NCBI RefSeq assembly: GCF_009914755.1
Contig: NC_060933.1
DNA from: the human T2T-CHM13v2.0 reference genome, Homo sapiens
Strand: one strand, 5' to 3'
Length of the DNA: 64,000 bases
In this document: positions 27,450 to 42,801 of the stretch, piece by piece
How the letters are laid out: every line of letters begins with the position of its first letter
Position numbering within the stretch: position 1 is the stretch's first letter
Translations under genes and position numbers: made by a program
The notes under the pieces: model-generated
Told to the model about the DNA's origin: nothing
Databases searched by the model: none
What the model saw: the letters and a program-made list of their open reading frames with translations, nothing else

Positions 27450-27991
27450 GTCTAACTCCTGGGGTTTGCAGTGGCAGTACAAAGAGAGGACTGGCCAGAT
27501 AAACCTGGAAAGTAAGGAAGCGGCCTAAGTCCAGGAGGGGGTGGATGAAGAGTGTACTGGTGTCTTTCATTTTCCTTCAAGACCTCCACTCCATCTCTTT
27601 CTCTCTGCTCCCCGTCCTGTAGACTGACCTATAGGGACTATCAAGAGATCCCCACCCTTCCCTCCAGATTTTAGTTGGGCTTGGGCAATTGGGAGCACTG
27701 CAGTTACTAGACAGAAGGAGGAGAATGCAAGCAGGGATTTCTTTCTCTCCCTATAGGATTTCCATAGGCTGGAAACATGACTCTTCTGAAGGTCAAGGTT
27801 CCTGCCAAGCAGCCCTATCCACACAGATCTGTCCCTGGATTTCAGTAATGAATCTAGGGATGGGACGCTGGTAGCCCTGATGTTACTTGCCCTCTCCACT
27901 AGCCACACCTGTGTAAACAGTTCCTGTATTAAACTCTCAAACTACTCAGTTTTGAGTGTGCCATCAATTCTGTTGGGGACCTCATTGATAC
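27450..27991 (+). mobile_element. ERVL-type solo LTR (subfamily uncertain)
   Basis: 3' end attaaa...tttgagtgtgccatc...gggacctcattgataca resembles ERVL LTR termini. Confidence 0.45.
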
Positions 27992-29803
27992 AAGGAGTAT
28001 CCCTACCTAAGTGAACGATGTGTGCAAAGAACTGAAGTGGCCTGGTGCTTGAAGGGGGCTCCATCTCAAAAATAGTTTGTTATGGCAGGATGATGCCGCA
28101 GTAGGAGAGTTCATGAGGCCGATCACTCTTGCCGATGCCCACGGAGTGCTCTGGGGATCCAGGGCTCCCAGGCCTCATCGCATTTAGTCCCCACTGAGTA
28201 AGGAGACATATTATCATTCCATTTTGTAGGTAAAAGATCCAGGCTTATGGAGGTTAAGTAACTTGGCCAAGGTTGCACTGCAAGAAGGGGTGGAGCTGCG
28301 TGGGGACTGAGAGTCCCTACTCTCCTCCGTGCTAAGACATTAAACTGGATTCCACAGGCAGCGCATGTTTGCCTGCCTTTCCTGCTCACTCAGCCTTAGC
28401 TTTTGCTGTAAAACTCTCACGTCCCACAAAAGAACATTGACCTTTCCAATATTCCCTTTCCTCGTAACTATGTGTCATTAAACTGAAGTGTTTCTTTAAA
28501 AGACATTAGAGCAGAATTAGTATGGCATGACCTTTCCTTATGCTTCCTGATAAAATTAAACTCAAACCTGGGTGACCGAAGGAAACCCTGGGAAGGTAAA
28601 TGCAGTCTTGAAGATGGTTCCTTTCAGGCAGGGTGGCTGCCTGTGCATCCCTTGATATATGCTCGTCTTCTCGGAACCATGCAGAGAGAGCTGCCTGTGA
28701 CCTGATTTGGCTTCATAGGAAACAGCAACCTGCGTCATCCATTGGGTCACAGATCAGAGTTACACGATGAAATGAAACAGGTGGAATGTGGTGTTCAATC
28801 CATGGTATTCTGAACCCACCATGGACAGCTGACACTCACATTCCCAAAGGGAATGCAAAGTTTTGCATGTTGCCCTGCTCAGGGCATCTCCGCCTGGAAT
28901 CGGTAGAGTTTTGGCCCTGAGAGATATTAATCTATTGTCCAAAAAACAGGAACTCCCTAAAGAGAGCCAAAAATAAGAACCATACCCAGGACTGATGAAT
29001 TCTTTTCTGTGATATTGGTGGACAGGTTAGCAGGAGAAAAGGAAGGGGAAATGTTCATAGTACACAAAGTATAAGCATCATCTCTTAGTTAAAAAAAAAA
29101 AAAAACAGGAAAGGTTTTGAGTTCTATTCATGTAAATAAAAGGCACTAAGAATCTTGGGAAATGTCCAGGCTAATTAATTACAGTTGGCTTCAGGAGCAT
29201 GCACAGACTTGCCTTCTGCCATCAGAGGCATAGTTATCGGGGAGGGTAGATCTTCCAAGTTCCTCCACAGCCCTGGTGGCATTGGTGGGTTCTGGCTGCT
29301 TCTCTGAGCCAGGTGGTGGTGTGTCTCTTCATTTAGTCTCATTAATTCTTCAGTGTTGCAAATATCTGAAACCTGTTATTAAAGAGCTGGAACGATATCC
29401 CACTAGGTTTTCAATATGGACTATTGATGAAGAAACAGTAATTGGAATAGCAGGGGTCTGAGATAATATTGCAAGACAAAAGAACATACAATTTCTTTTT
29501 TGTGGCTCTTTTGCATTCTATAATTTGGTGGCCTTGGACTATGGCTGTTTGTCGCTGTAGAAATAAACTACAGCTTGTCTAGTGCCTTTCTGATGGATAA
29601 TAGGTTGCTTCTGATTTAGCTCTATTTCTCTTTCACATATAGTGTGGTAATAAACATCCTTGAACCTCATCTTCTTGTGCGCGTGTGTTCAAGTTTCTCT
29701 AGGAAAGATACCAGAGAGGGGTTTGCTGGATTATAGGGCATGATCAAGTCTACTAGGAATTCTCAAACAACTCTGAGTGTAAAGTGAGTGTACCAACTTA
29801 TAA

Positions 29804-30510
<707 letters not shown>

Positions 30511-32774
30511 TCTTTTTTTCTTATTTGGCTAATGTGATGCATGTGACATGATACCTGGCTGTTATTTTAATTTTCATTTCCCTGATTTACTATATATTTT
30601 CGTATTGGCCAATCAGTCTTCTTCTTCTGTGACTTGCTTAGGTCATCTGAGTTTTTCTTATCAGTTTGTAGGACTTCTTCATTTAGATTAGCCATTAATC
30701 CTTTGATTTTATGCATTGCAACTATCTTCTCTCAATCTATGGCTTACTTCTTTTTTTTAGTGTCTTTGACAAATAGAAATTTTATAATTTTTAATGTGAT
30801 TACGTTTATCAATCTTTTTCTTATATTTAGACCCAACTTATAGAATATTCTGCCCATTCTTTATTCCCCCCTCATAGAACATGGGACAGACAGTGAGGTC
30901 CCTGTGGCCTTGCTGAAACAGAATCCAATATGAAATACCATAGCAAGGAACAGGTATTTGCTTTGGGAACACTGATAATGCCATTGTATTTCAGTGGATA
31001 CCCATGCCTCACAGAATTACTCTGTTACTCATAGAGTAGTGAAGCAGCATTATACAAATACTAGTCTTCTCTGTTCTTTCTTCTTCTTTTAGAGTGAGTA
31101 TCCATTTATAGTTGCTGTATATTCATTTAATGTCCAGTGCCTAGATGTGTCCTTTCCCTCATGTCTTATGACATAGATTCAATAAGATTTCTATAATACT
31201 ATCTAAGAAAACATGCTAATTGGATATAGAAAAGAGAACAAACAAAAATAGTTTAAGAGACATAAAAAGCTTTGTTTTACAGAAATGCTTTATCTCCTGG
31301 GTTGGAGCTGTCATGTCAGTAATTATCACTTTTAGTTTATAGGAGTGAATGAACTGATTTTAAATCTTCCAAGAGTATTATATAAGTCGTTTTTTTTTAA
31401 GCTTCAGTAAGAGGTCTGTATAACTTGGAAAATACAAAGCAAAGCAAAACAAAACAAACAGATAAGAAGATGATTCATGTCTTGCTAGTCTGGGAACAAT
31501 CTCATGGAAGCCTGAAGGATAGCTGACAATTAGCTCTTGACTATCTCTCAACTTAGCTGGAGCACTTGAGACTTAAAATTCCCCAGCCCTAGACCCTCGG
31601 CAATGTATTTTCTTTGAAAATAACCAGAGCCAGGAACAGCTTACATTAAAGTGCTCAAGCATCAAGGCTGTAAACACAGACAGTTGTTAATTCCCCAGAT
31701 GTAGGGGTCCAGATTATTTAACAGTTGAAGAGAGTGAACCTGTGGTAGTTTCAATTTTACATTTTTTTTTTCTTGGATCTTTGGTCAATTTCCTAAAGCC
31801 AAGTTTTTCTTCTTTCAATTAAAGTTAGGATTTTCAGAAATCTGCCTGCCTATGTTGCCTAACAAAATTTAAGATCTAACTGGGAAGAGTCCTCTTCTTT
31901 TCCCCATGACACCTACCTAAAATGAAAGTGGAGAAGCTTCTAGGTAAAGCGGCAAAGGCCCATGGGGTTGGGGTCCACCTTTATTTGTTTTATAATTGGT
32001 CAAACTCTAGAAGTTTAGAGATACTATGAGACATGCAGTTATCTTTTGCTTTTTCTTTTAAATATTCTTTAAATGATATATTTAGTTCCCTTTGGTTTAA
32101 GTGAAATGTCCAGTACTAAGAGCAGTGATAATATCGCAACTCTGTAGGCCATTTTGCAAAATTATATACTATCCCATTTGAACCTCACAACCTCTCTGAT
32201 AAGACAGGCAAGGCAGGGGTTATTTAATATGTGGATTTTGAAGTTTAGACCAGGCTGAAATAATGGAGGCCCCAGGATTGAATAGCACTGTGCTAAAATT
32301 TATATATATGGTTGAAAAACTTTTGTAGTTATCTTATTTTGATAGCCTCATGTTTTATGTTCATTTTATTAATACCTGAAAGTGTGAGTTGTTCCATCCA
32401 AAAAATGGGTTTAAGAGTAGATTTTAAGATTGCTATTAGAAAACCAGGTTTAGCTGAACTCTGCCTCATTCATATATGAACCAGGTAGGCTTTCTTGAAA
32501 AGGCTTTTAAAGTGCAAACTCATATAAGCCTTTTACCATACAGCAGCCCCAGCCAGCAGTGCTAGACATCAAAGAAGGGATCTGGGAGTGAACTCATCAA
32601 TGTGAAAATATTGAAGAGCTAACTTGAGGGCTGTTGTGTTTAATGTCTGTTAGACATTAACCAGCATATCCAGGATGCTATTAAACTCCATCTTCAGTAG
32701 TTTGTTTCTTGGGATTGTGTAAACATCACTAATTCAAACATGCACTTAGTCATAAACACTGCAGAGAGCTTTTT

Positions 32775-33550
32775 CTTTTAAATATACTTTTAATTGAAGT
32801 ATAATGGACATACAGAAAAGGCACAACTCATAAATGTTTACTTCAAGGAATTTTTCACCAAATGAACACACCCGTGTAACTACCATCTGGATCAAGAAAC
32901 AGAATAGCACCTGAAGCTTCCTTGTTCCCCATTCTGATCATTTATTCTCTCTCCTCCTGAGACGTAACCACTATTCTGACTTTTCCCATCAATGATGAGT
33001 TTTGTCTATTTTTGAATGGTACATAAATGAAATCATAGAGTGTATATTCCTCTGGGTCTGGCTTATTTTACTCAATGTTATGAGTATGACATTCATTCTT
33101 GTTGTTTCATCTAATGGCAGGCAGTTCATTTTTGTTGTTCTATGGTACTCCTTTGTGTGAATACACCACATTAAATAAATACACCACAGTTGGTACTAAT
33201 TTGCATCCCTTCAACAGTACATTAGGGCTCCACATCTTTACCAGCACTTGGCCGTACCACTCTTTCCAGCTAGTCTTGTGGATACATAGTAATATTTCAC
33301 TGTGGTTTTAATTTGCATTTCCCTGATCTCTAGTGATGTTGCATTTCCCTGATCTCTAGTGATCTTTTCATATGCTAATTGTTATTTGAATATGGTCTTT
33401 TGTAAAGTGCCTGTTCAAAACTTTTGCCTATTTTTTTAAGGTTATCTGCCTTTAAAAAAAACTAATTTATAAGAGTTTTTAAAATATAAACTGCATGTAA
33501 GTCCTTTGTTAGATATATACGATGCAAATATCTTTTTCTAATCTGTGTAT
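32775..33550 (-). mobile_element. L1ME-like 3' end
   Basis: ttttaattgaagtataat...aatgaacacacccgtgtaactacc...gtggttttaatttgcatttccctga. Confidence 0.75.
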
Positions 33551-34589
33551 TTGAGGGTCTTAAAAGGGGTCTGAGAGTTCAGTGTGTAGAAAATAGTACC
33601 ATGGGCCCTTCTTGGCTCTTAAGAAAGTGGACATTTGAAGATAGAGGAATGGAAGAGAGACCTGGATCTTGTGCTCTTTAAATCTATCACAACTTTCTTG
33701 AAGTAGGATTCCAAGAGCAGCTGGATATGCCTCACACACTTGATATGATCAGTCTGTGTTTTTTTGGCTACTCTCTTGCAAGGTAAACAGAGCCATCAAT
33801 ATATGATATTCTGGTAGACTCTTATCATACATAATGATATAGTGCTTTGGGTTAATAAATATTTGAATACCTACTATGAGCAAGCACTGGCCAGGACACT
33901 GGAGGTGCAAAGGTGGATATGTCAGCACCCCTGTGCTTAGTGAGCTTTCAGGGCACTTTTAAGGTACTTTTGTATCTACTATCCTGTTTGATCACATAAG
34001 GGTAGGGTGACCATCAGACTGGTCAGATAAAAATAATGTATCCTTTTGCTCCTCAAACCTTTGAGGATCATTTAGTCACTGCCCCTCATTCTGTAAGAAC
34101 TGTCTTTCTAAGATATGCCTTTGCCACATCCTGATAGCCTCACTAATTCATACCTGGAGAAATTCTTTTTTCTCAAAGTGACTAATTTAGATAAAGCATG
34201 CAGAAATGACTTTATATTTTAAAGAAAGCTACAAGAGTCAAAGACCATAAAATAGATTTACTTAGTCCCCTGCTATTTAACAGCCCTTTTAACAACTCCT
34301 TAAATAATATTTATTAGTCAACTGAAATCATATAGCATTTATTGAGGGCAAGTCTGGAGAGGCACTGTTTTATTCTAGACATTGAAGGAGCCATGAAGAC
34401 ATACAAGATGCAATTCCTGCGCTCATGGAAGTTCTAGCACATTGGTGGTGGTGATAGTGTTTGTGTGTGGAGGGAAAGTGTTCAGTAAGCACACAGCATA
34501 TTCAAGAACAATGTGAACATAAAGACCCATACCACGGAAGCTCCGCAGCAGGAAGGGTCACGTTGGATTGATTTCAGTGATGAGGAAAG

Positions 34590-35030
34590 GACTATACTCA
34601 TTAAGATAGTGTCGCTGCTACTATAAAAATATCCCCAAGATGTATAACCACTCAAACACATAAAAAGGTGTTTTCAATCCCCTAAAGTTAAAAACAGGTG
34701 TTCCTGATTCATAGTTGACTCTGTTCCAAATGGTGATTCAGAGATCCAGGTCCTCCCCTCTCGTGGGTCAGCCGCCTTCAACACATGGCTTTTAAGATTG
34801 CTGGGCTTGTCCACATCAAGCTGGCAGAAGGAGAAAGAACATGGAAAATGGAAAGATCTTATAACCAGATCTGAAAGAGGAGTTCCATTGGCTAGAACTT
34901 GAGTTTCATTGGCTAGAACTCAGTCACATGGCCACAGCTAATTTCAAGGGAGGTTGAGAACTACAGTCCACCTGTGTGTCTGAAAAGATGAGATGGATTG
35001 TTGACCACGTAGCAGTCGTTGCCACAGGTT
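34590..35030 (-). mobile_element. Old MaLR LTR (MLT1J/K-like)
   Basis: attggctagaactcagtcacatggccacagcta...aagggagg. Confidence 0.6.
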
Positions 35031-35031
35031 T

Positions 35032-35392
35032 TGTTATGGTCTGGATGTTTTTGTCACTTTCAATATTCATGTTGGAACTTCAGTCCCTCCAAAATTCAGG
35101 TGTTGCCAATGTGATAGTATTCAGAGATAGGGCCTTTAAGAGGTGTTCAGGCCAGGAGGGCTCCTTCCTCATTAATGGCATTAAGACCCTTATAAAAAAA
35201 GCCTTTACACAGCATTTGGCTAGCTTTTCCTGCTGCCTTTGCCATGTGCAGCAAGAAGGCCTTCACCACACCAGATGCTGGTGCCTTGATCTCAGACTTC
35301 CTAACCTCTAGAACTGTGGGAAATAAATTTCTATTTTTTATAAATTATCTAGTATCAGCTATCCCATTATAAGAGCACAAAATGGAATAACA
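35032..35392 (+). mobile_element. MST-type MaLR solo LTR
   Basis: TG...CA termini, agaactgtgggaaataaatttct; 5-bp TSD ggttt/ggctt. Confidence 0.75.
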
Positions 35393-37299
35393 GGCTTTAT
35401 GCTGGAAAAGCATTTAAGGTAGGTCTTCAGGCAACTTGAAGTATTCTGACAGACGTGGGAAAGGAGGATTAATCCAGGAAAAATGAATAGCATAAAGAAG
35501 GACTGGGCAGTATACAACAACAAAATTTAAGGGCATATTTGGAAAATAGGAAATCATTCATCTTGTTAGCAGCATAGAATACATAGGGAGTAGTGTGGGA
35601 GAAACTGTTGGAAAGCTAGGTTGATGCAATTTCCAACCTACGTCACATTTTAGGAGGTTTTAAAATTCTGACTAAAGAGTTATATCCAGCATAGTTTTCA
35701 GGCTCCTTCTCACTCGCAGGAAAAAATGTGGCCCAGGTTACCTTTCTTTTTTTCCCTTCACACTCTGGCCTTTCCTAGGAAGTGAGTTCTCATGTTTATC
35801 TCCCCGACACAATGGCAAGCAGTTAGGGAGAAGGGTTCAGCCCCTCAGCATGGGCAGCTTCGTTTTCAGCTTTTGTACTAGAGAATTTCAGAGATTCCAG
35901 GGGCTTTCTGCCAAAAACCCATCTAATGCATGGTATCTGCTGAATGCTGTGTTTGGGATGAATCCCAAGTTCAGGAGAGGGAGGAGAGAGGGAAATTCCT
36001 TTTTGACCCTAGGACACAATTAACTCATACCCAGGATCCTGGAATTTGATTACCCATATTGTTATTTTGGCTTGGATAGCTGCAACTGTGGCTCATAGTT
36101 ATAAAAGTATCCGGTCCTTTAAAATCCAGCCGCAGCTTTCAGCTTGATGACCTCCTGACTGATTAATTGGAAAGGGTGGGAGCTGGGGAAATCCTTTTCC
36201 CTCCCTTCAGACCTGCCAACTTGGCTTTGAACCTACAAGAATGTTTTGGTCAGAGAACATACATCCCCACACCCCGTACCCTCCCTCTCACCCTCACCTC
36301 TGCCCCATGTTGCGCATTTTATTTGTTATCCATATGCATTCATCTTTGTTGAATTAACTTTGACCCAGGCTTGACTATGTGCTGCCCCAGAAGGCTTCTG
36401 TGTGACTTATTCTCTCTTCCTTGAGTTTCTGATGATGAAATTCATGTTATTCTGACCTTCCATAGCCTTCTGACCATGAAAATAATGTTATTATAAAGGT
36501 AAATGAAAATTTACCTTTGCTGTATAGTTTGTGGGTGGTTTCTTTCATTGTTCCTACCAGAATGTAAGCATGATTCTATATCTTTCTTAAACCATTGAAA
36601 AAGAGAGAAGACGGAATATTTGAAGTAACAGCTGACCACCTGAAAAGTGCTTTTCAATGCAAACTGGAAGAGGCAGCCCACAGTTTTTCAGTCCTGAGCA
36701 CATTCATTGTATTTGGGGTTTGTGAAAAGGGAGGTGTTCACCTTCCCATGGCAAGAGTTTCTAGATGTTTTTTTTTTTTTTCCTTATTTGACCACAAAGC
36801 CAACCTAAAGGAATCATTACTATGCGGCGTATTTTATCCTGTGTTTGTCTTTCTTCCTCTTCTTTCTCAAGACCCTCATTGATCCCACTCTACGGTCATC
36901 CCCTGCACTCACAGCCTTCAAATAACTAAATCTTGCTGTTCGTAGGCATTTGGTGTTTTTCTCTTTCAGTTGCTAGCTCTGGGGAAGATGAAACTCTTCA
37001 GGCCAATGTCTGTGGTACCAGCTCATTCCCTAGCCTGCTTTGAGATCTACATCCTTCATGAAGCACTAAGACATTTGAAGAGACAGGATGGTGTAATGGA
37101 ATGGAACATGAGGAGAAATTAAGCAGATCTGGGTCCCAATTCTAGCACTGCCCCTTACCTCTGTGAAACTTTGAACAAAAACTTGACTTCTCTGAGCCTG
37201 AAACTTGACAGCATTGATAAGTTTTCGCTGTTTTTTAATTTTATCTAAGTGGAACAATACAGTATATACACCTTTGTTACTGATTTCTTTTACTTAATA

Positions 37300-37598
37300 C
37301 AGATGCTCTTTGACTTAAGATGGCATTGCATCCTGATAAACCCATCTTAAGTCAAAAATATTGTTAAGTCAAAAATGCATTTAATGCTGGCAATACAGCA
37401 GACAGTCTCTGACATATGACGGTTCAACTTAAGAATTTTGACTTTATGATGGTGCAAAAGTAATAGCCATTCAGTAGAAACCACAACCCCACCATAAGTC
37501 ATAGGAGCTCCTCAACTTACGATGGGATTGTATCTGGATAAACCAATCATAAAGGGGAAAAATTGTAAGTCAAACCATCATAAGCCAGATCCTGTCTG
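37300..37598. mobile_element. MER47B-like TcMar-Tigger DNA transposon inserted in an L1ME relic
   Basis: TA|cagatgctctttgacttaagatgg...tcctgataaacccatc; internally repeated acttacgatggg motif. Confidence 0.75.
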
Positions 37599-38648
37599 GG
37601 TTATATTTATGAGATTCATTCAAATTGTTGCATGCGGCAATAGTTTGCACAATAGGATTTATGGTATTACATTGTATATCACAAATTATTTGTCCATTCT
37701 ACTTTGATGGACATTTGGATTGTTTCAGTTATTACAAATTGTGATTCTATGATCATACTTGTAAAATCTTATATATACACCCTGTTGAGCAACATTGCAC
37801 ACTAGGTTCCCCAGGAAGCAGCTCTAAGAGATATTTGCTTTCAGGAAGTTTATTCCTTTCTGCCTTTAAGATCAAAGTTGCATTCAAGATCAAAACTTAT
37901 AGGGGAGTGAGGAAGGAGGATTGAACACAGAGAAGTTGGATTGAAATGCAGTCACAACAAAGGCCTCAGCCAACTTGTGGGGAGCTCTGGAGCTGAAATG
38001 GCCCTCTAGAGTTGTGCAAAATTTGGGCAAGGAGGCCAGGCCTTTATATATCCCTTTATACCAGTCATTGCATGTGGATTAACCCAGGCATGGGAACATG
38101 ATTTGGGGTGACACATTTCTCTTTGGCAGAGAACAGGGGCCACATCTGCGAGCTGTCAGCAATCAGCCTTCCTAGTAGCTGGTAGAATGCATATTTTTAT
38201 CCTAAAATGTCTAAAGTGTGTGTGTGTGTGCACACGTGTGTCTAAGGGGTAGTAGGTGAGTGGGTGGGGGTAAATCTGAGCAGTGCATCACAGTTCATCT
38301 TTAGTAGATACTGTTAAACAATATTCCCAAGTGTTTATGCCCAAATACCCTCTTAATTTAGATTCTGATATCCCCACATGGACTCTTTCCAAAAAGATAA
38401 AGAAAAATGTATAGAAGTGAAACAAATGTAAAAAATATTCTGTATATTAACTTATTATTTTCTATATGGTGGAGAAAGCAAAATTGAGAACCATTGAAAT
38501 GGGTTGTTTATTATTTTCTAACTTATGGCTTGATATCCTGAAATCTGTCAACACTACCCAGGTTGTTCTGAAATCTAGCTATGGATTTAGTAGATCCTAA
38601 AGACTTCCTACTGTGCTGAGAAAAAAAAACAGAAAATGAAATATATGA

Positions 38649-38843
<195 letters not shown>

Positions 38844-38989
38844 TGATCTCAGTTTGGAGATCTGTGAACTTTCTGTGAATTACAGAGGAACAGTTAAGTA
38901 GAGGCAAAAAATCAGAGAAACCTAGTAGAGTATGTGCTGTGATATGCTTACCTCTTTTGTCCATTTTGTTTCTTCTTTTTAGAAATTTC

Positions 38990-41340
38990 TCTTTCTTTAA
39001 AAATTTCTATTATGGAAATCTTTAAAGTGTATAAGAGTAGAGAGAATATCGCATTGAATCCCCATGTTACTGTCACTCCCATTTCAACCACCATAAACTT
39101 GTGATCAATCTTCCTTTATCTCTACCCTCATCCGCAGGGGAACACTCCTCCCTGATTATTGTGAAGCAATCCTCTGTAGCTCATTGTTTTATCCGTAAGC
39201 ATTTCAAGATGAATCTTTAAATATAAGGGCTCTTGTTCAGAAAAACCACATAACCACAGTACCATTATCACACCTAAAATGTTAAAAACGTTTTCTTTTT
39301 TTACATACTTTAAATACTTCATCCAGTTGTTTTCTGGCTTGCATCATGTCCAAGAAGTCGGATTTAATTTTTATGTTTATTCCTCTATGTAAAGTACTCT
39401 GTGTAAAGTACCCCCCAGTCTCCTGCCTTTGGCTGACTTCAATATTTTTTAATCTTTGATTGTCAAAAGTCTAATCATATTAATAATGTGTCTAGGGGTG
39501 TATGCATGTATGTATTTAACCCTATGTGGGATTCTCTTGAATTCTTGGCTCTGTTGTTTGTTGTTGTTCATTAATTTTAGGAAATGCTCAGCTATTATTT
39601 TTTCAAATATTTCTCCTTCCCCATTCTTTGTCTCTTGTCCTTCTGAGGCTCCAATTACACATGTGTTAGATAATTTGTGATGACAAATGAGCTCTTACAT
39701 TCATTTTTCTGATTTATTTCTCCCCTTTTTTCTTCTTGTGTTTCAGTTTAGATCGTCTCTATTGGAACATCTTTAAGTTCACTGATTCTTTCCTTAGCTG
39801 TGTCCAGTCTGCTGATGAGCCTGTTGAAGGAATTCTTCTTCTCCGATACTGTGTGTTTTTTTTTTTTTTTTAGCATTTCTCTTTGACTCTTTTAAAATAG
39901 TTTTTAGTTCTCTGAAATTCCCCATCTGTTTATGTAATTGTTTATCTTTTTCATTAGATCATTTAACATATTAGACATGGTTGTTTTAAACACCCTGTCT
40001 GATAGTTCCAATCTCTGGTTCATCTCTGACTTTGGTTCAGCTGATTGCTTTATCTCTTGACAATGGTTTGGGTTTTCCTGTTTTTTGTAGATCTCATAAA
40101 TTTTTATTGAATGCTGAATAATATGTGGATAAGAACAGTAGATATTCAGGTCAATTGTATTTATGCCTAGAAATGGGTACAACCCTTTTTTGGGGCAATT
40201 AGTGTGGAAGGTTAAGTTAACCTAGTCAAGCGGTGATCTGGGTTTGGGTTTTACTGTTTCTGTTTTAACCTTCAGTGTACCACAGGCCTCAAATTCCCCC
40301 AGCAGTGGCATATTTTTACTGGGTACTGGAACTGGGGAAGGGTACTGGAGAGGTTTTTAAGTGTTCCTGTTTCTCCCTCAGTTTTCAGTAGTGACTGCAA
40401 GTCTGTAACACAAAATACAGTTCTATCTCCAGGGTCTTAAACTTTCCCTGGTAGCAGAGACCTCTGACTAGTATTGGTGCAGGATTCTGAGCACAAGTTT
40501 TCCTACCCTCTCCCCAGAGGCAGAAGAGTTTTTACTTTTGCCCGTCTCTCAGAGACAATAGATCTCTTTCTGGACCTGGGGATGAGAAGGTTTTTAGCGT
40601 GTACACCTAGGAACATAAAGCATTTGTTTCATGTAAGAGAAGGGTTTGGGGGAGCAGAAGGGCTTCATCCTTGTCTCCCAGTGACAGCTGATCGTCGCTT
40701 GCATACCTGTACCACCAAGTTTCCTTCTTTGTTCCTAATTTTTTGTGAGGACCCAGTGGAAATCTGTGGAAAAGAACTTAAAAATGTGCCCCTTGTATCT
40801 GGAACCCCAGGTGATTTTAAAGTAATGTAAAGGCCTATACTAGGCCTTTAAGAATTTTTTAAACTCTTACATGATTTCTTATTATCTGGTTTTTATGGCA
40901 GCCTCCTCTTTCTCCTATGCTTTGCCAAAGCTGAGAGAATTTTCAGGATCTGTCTCTCCTTGGAGTGGCTCTTTGGAATTCACTTGACTGTGTGGTCATC
41001 TCAGATCTCTGAGTTCAAGAAAACTTACCATGTTTGAGATTTCCTGGCCTTTTACCATTGCTAGGATGGGAATAGCTTTCTCTTACTGATTTGCATATCC
41101 TAAAGAGAAGTACACAAGTGGAACTCTAAAAGTAATTTCTTAATAATTTCCTCTATCCTCATTTTCCCCCTCCCCATTAACAGTTTGTTCTAATTGGATC
41201 TAAAAGATCTTACACTGTAATTGGCTGATATGTCTCTTAAGTCTCTTTTAATCTACGTTTCTCTTCTTTACATTTTGCCCTTATTATTTATTCATTGAAG
41301 AAACTGGGTCATATTTCCTATAGAGCTTTAAAATTGCTTT
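38990..41340 (-). mobile_element. Nested antisense L1M relics: L1MC-like 3' UTR (38990-39310, 41141-41337) interrupted by an L1M 5'/ORF1 fragment (about 39320-41120)
   Basis: Minus-strand ORF1-like EMNQRLELSDRVFKTTMSNMLNDL; atgtctcttaagtctcttttaatcta 3' UTR motif. Confidence 0.65.
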
Positions 41341-41635
41341 GATTTTGATGCTGCTGTCCTAATTTTCCTTTCTAATTTGCTTAATGTTTATATGAAGAGA
41401 AGCTATTGATTAATATGCTTTTTCTCTGGTTTGCAACTTCCTTAGTTGCAATTATAGTAATTATTAATTTAATTATCATATTAATTGTAGTGGATTTTTT
41501 TTCCAAAAACTCTATATTCTCTTGGGATTTTAAAATATATAATCACATAATCTATGAATAAAATATTTTTTGTGTTTTTCCCCTAAAACCTACAACCCAC
41601 CCTCCCTTCCTTCCTTCCTTCCTTTCTTTCTTGGC

Positions 41636-41860
41636 TCAGGTGCACATGTGAATGTTTGTTACATGAGCAAACTCATGTCACAGGGGTTTGTGGTACAGAT
41701 TATTTCATCACCCAGGAATTAAGCCCAGTACCCAATAATTGTCGTTTCTGCTCCTCTCCTTCCTCCCACCCTACTCCTCAAGAAGACCCGGTGTCTGTTG
41801 TTTCCTTCTTTGTGTTCATAAATTCTCATCATTTCGCTCCCACTTATAACTGAGAACATC
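41636..41860 (-). mobile_element. L1PA/L1PB 3'-end fragment preceded by (CCTT)n
   Basis: ggggtttgtggtacagattatttcatcacccagg...ctcccacttataactgagaaca. Confidence 0.8.
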
Positions 41861-42220
41861 ATGCTTATATAGACTATTGTTCCCATTCCTAGTTACTTAG
41901 AGTCTTATATATTGTATACAATAATTCTGCCACTAGTTAGTCAAATAAATCTAGCAACTGGAATGAAAACTGGTAAGTACAGGTTATCCCTTTTCTCTGT
42001 CTTTATAAGCATTTATTAAGTGTTTACAATATATTATAGACTTTTAGTTTCCAATTAAAGGGGTAAATATTCCATGTGTAAGCCATGTTACGCTTTTAGT
42101 AATAAGTATTTGCCTATTTCAATTCAATAAACATTTACTCAGTGCTGACAGAGTACCAGGCATTGTGTTGGATGGTGTGTAGAATACAAAATGCTCAACA
42201 CCACACCCTTCAGAATTTTC

Positions 42221-42801
<581 letters not shown>

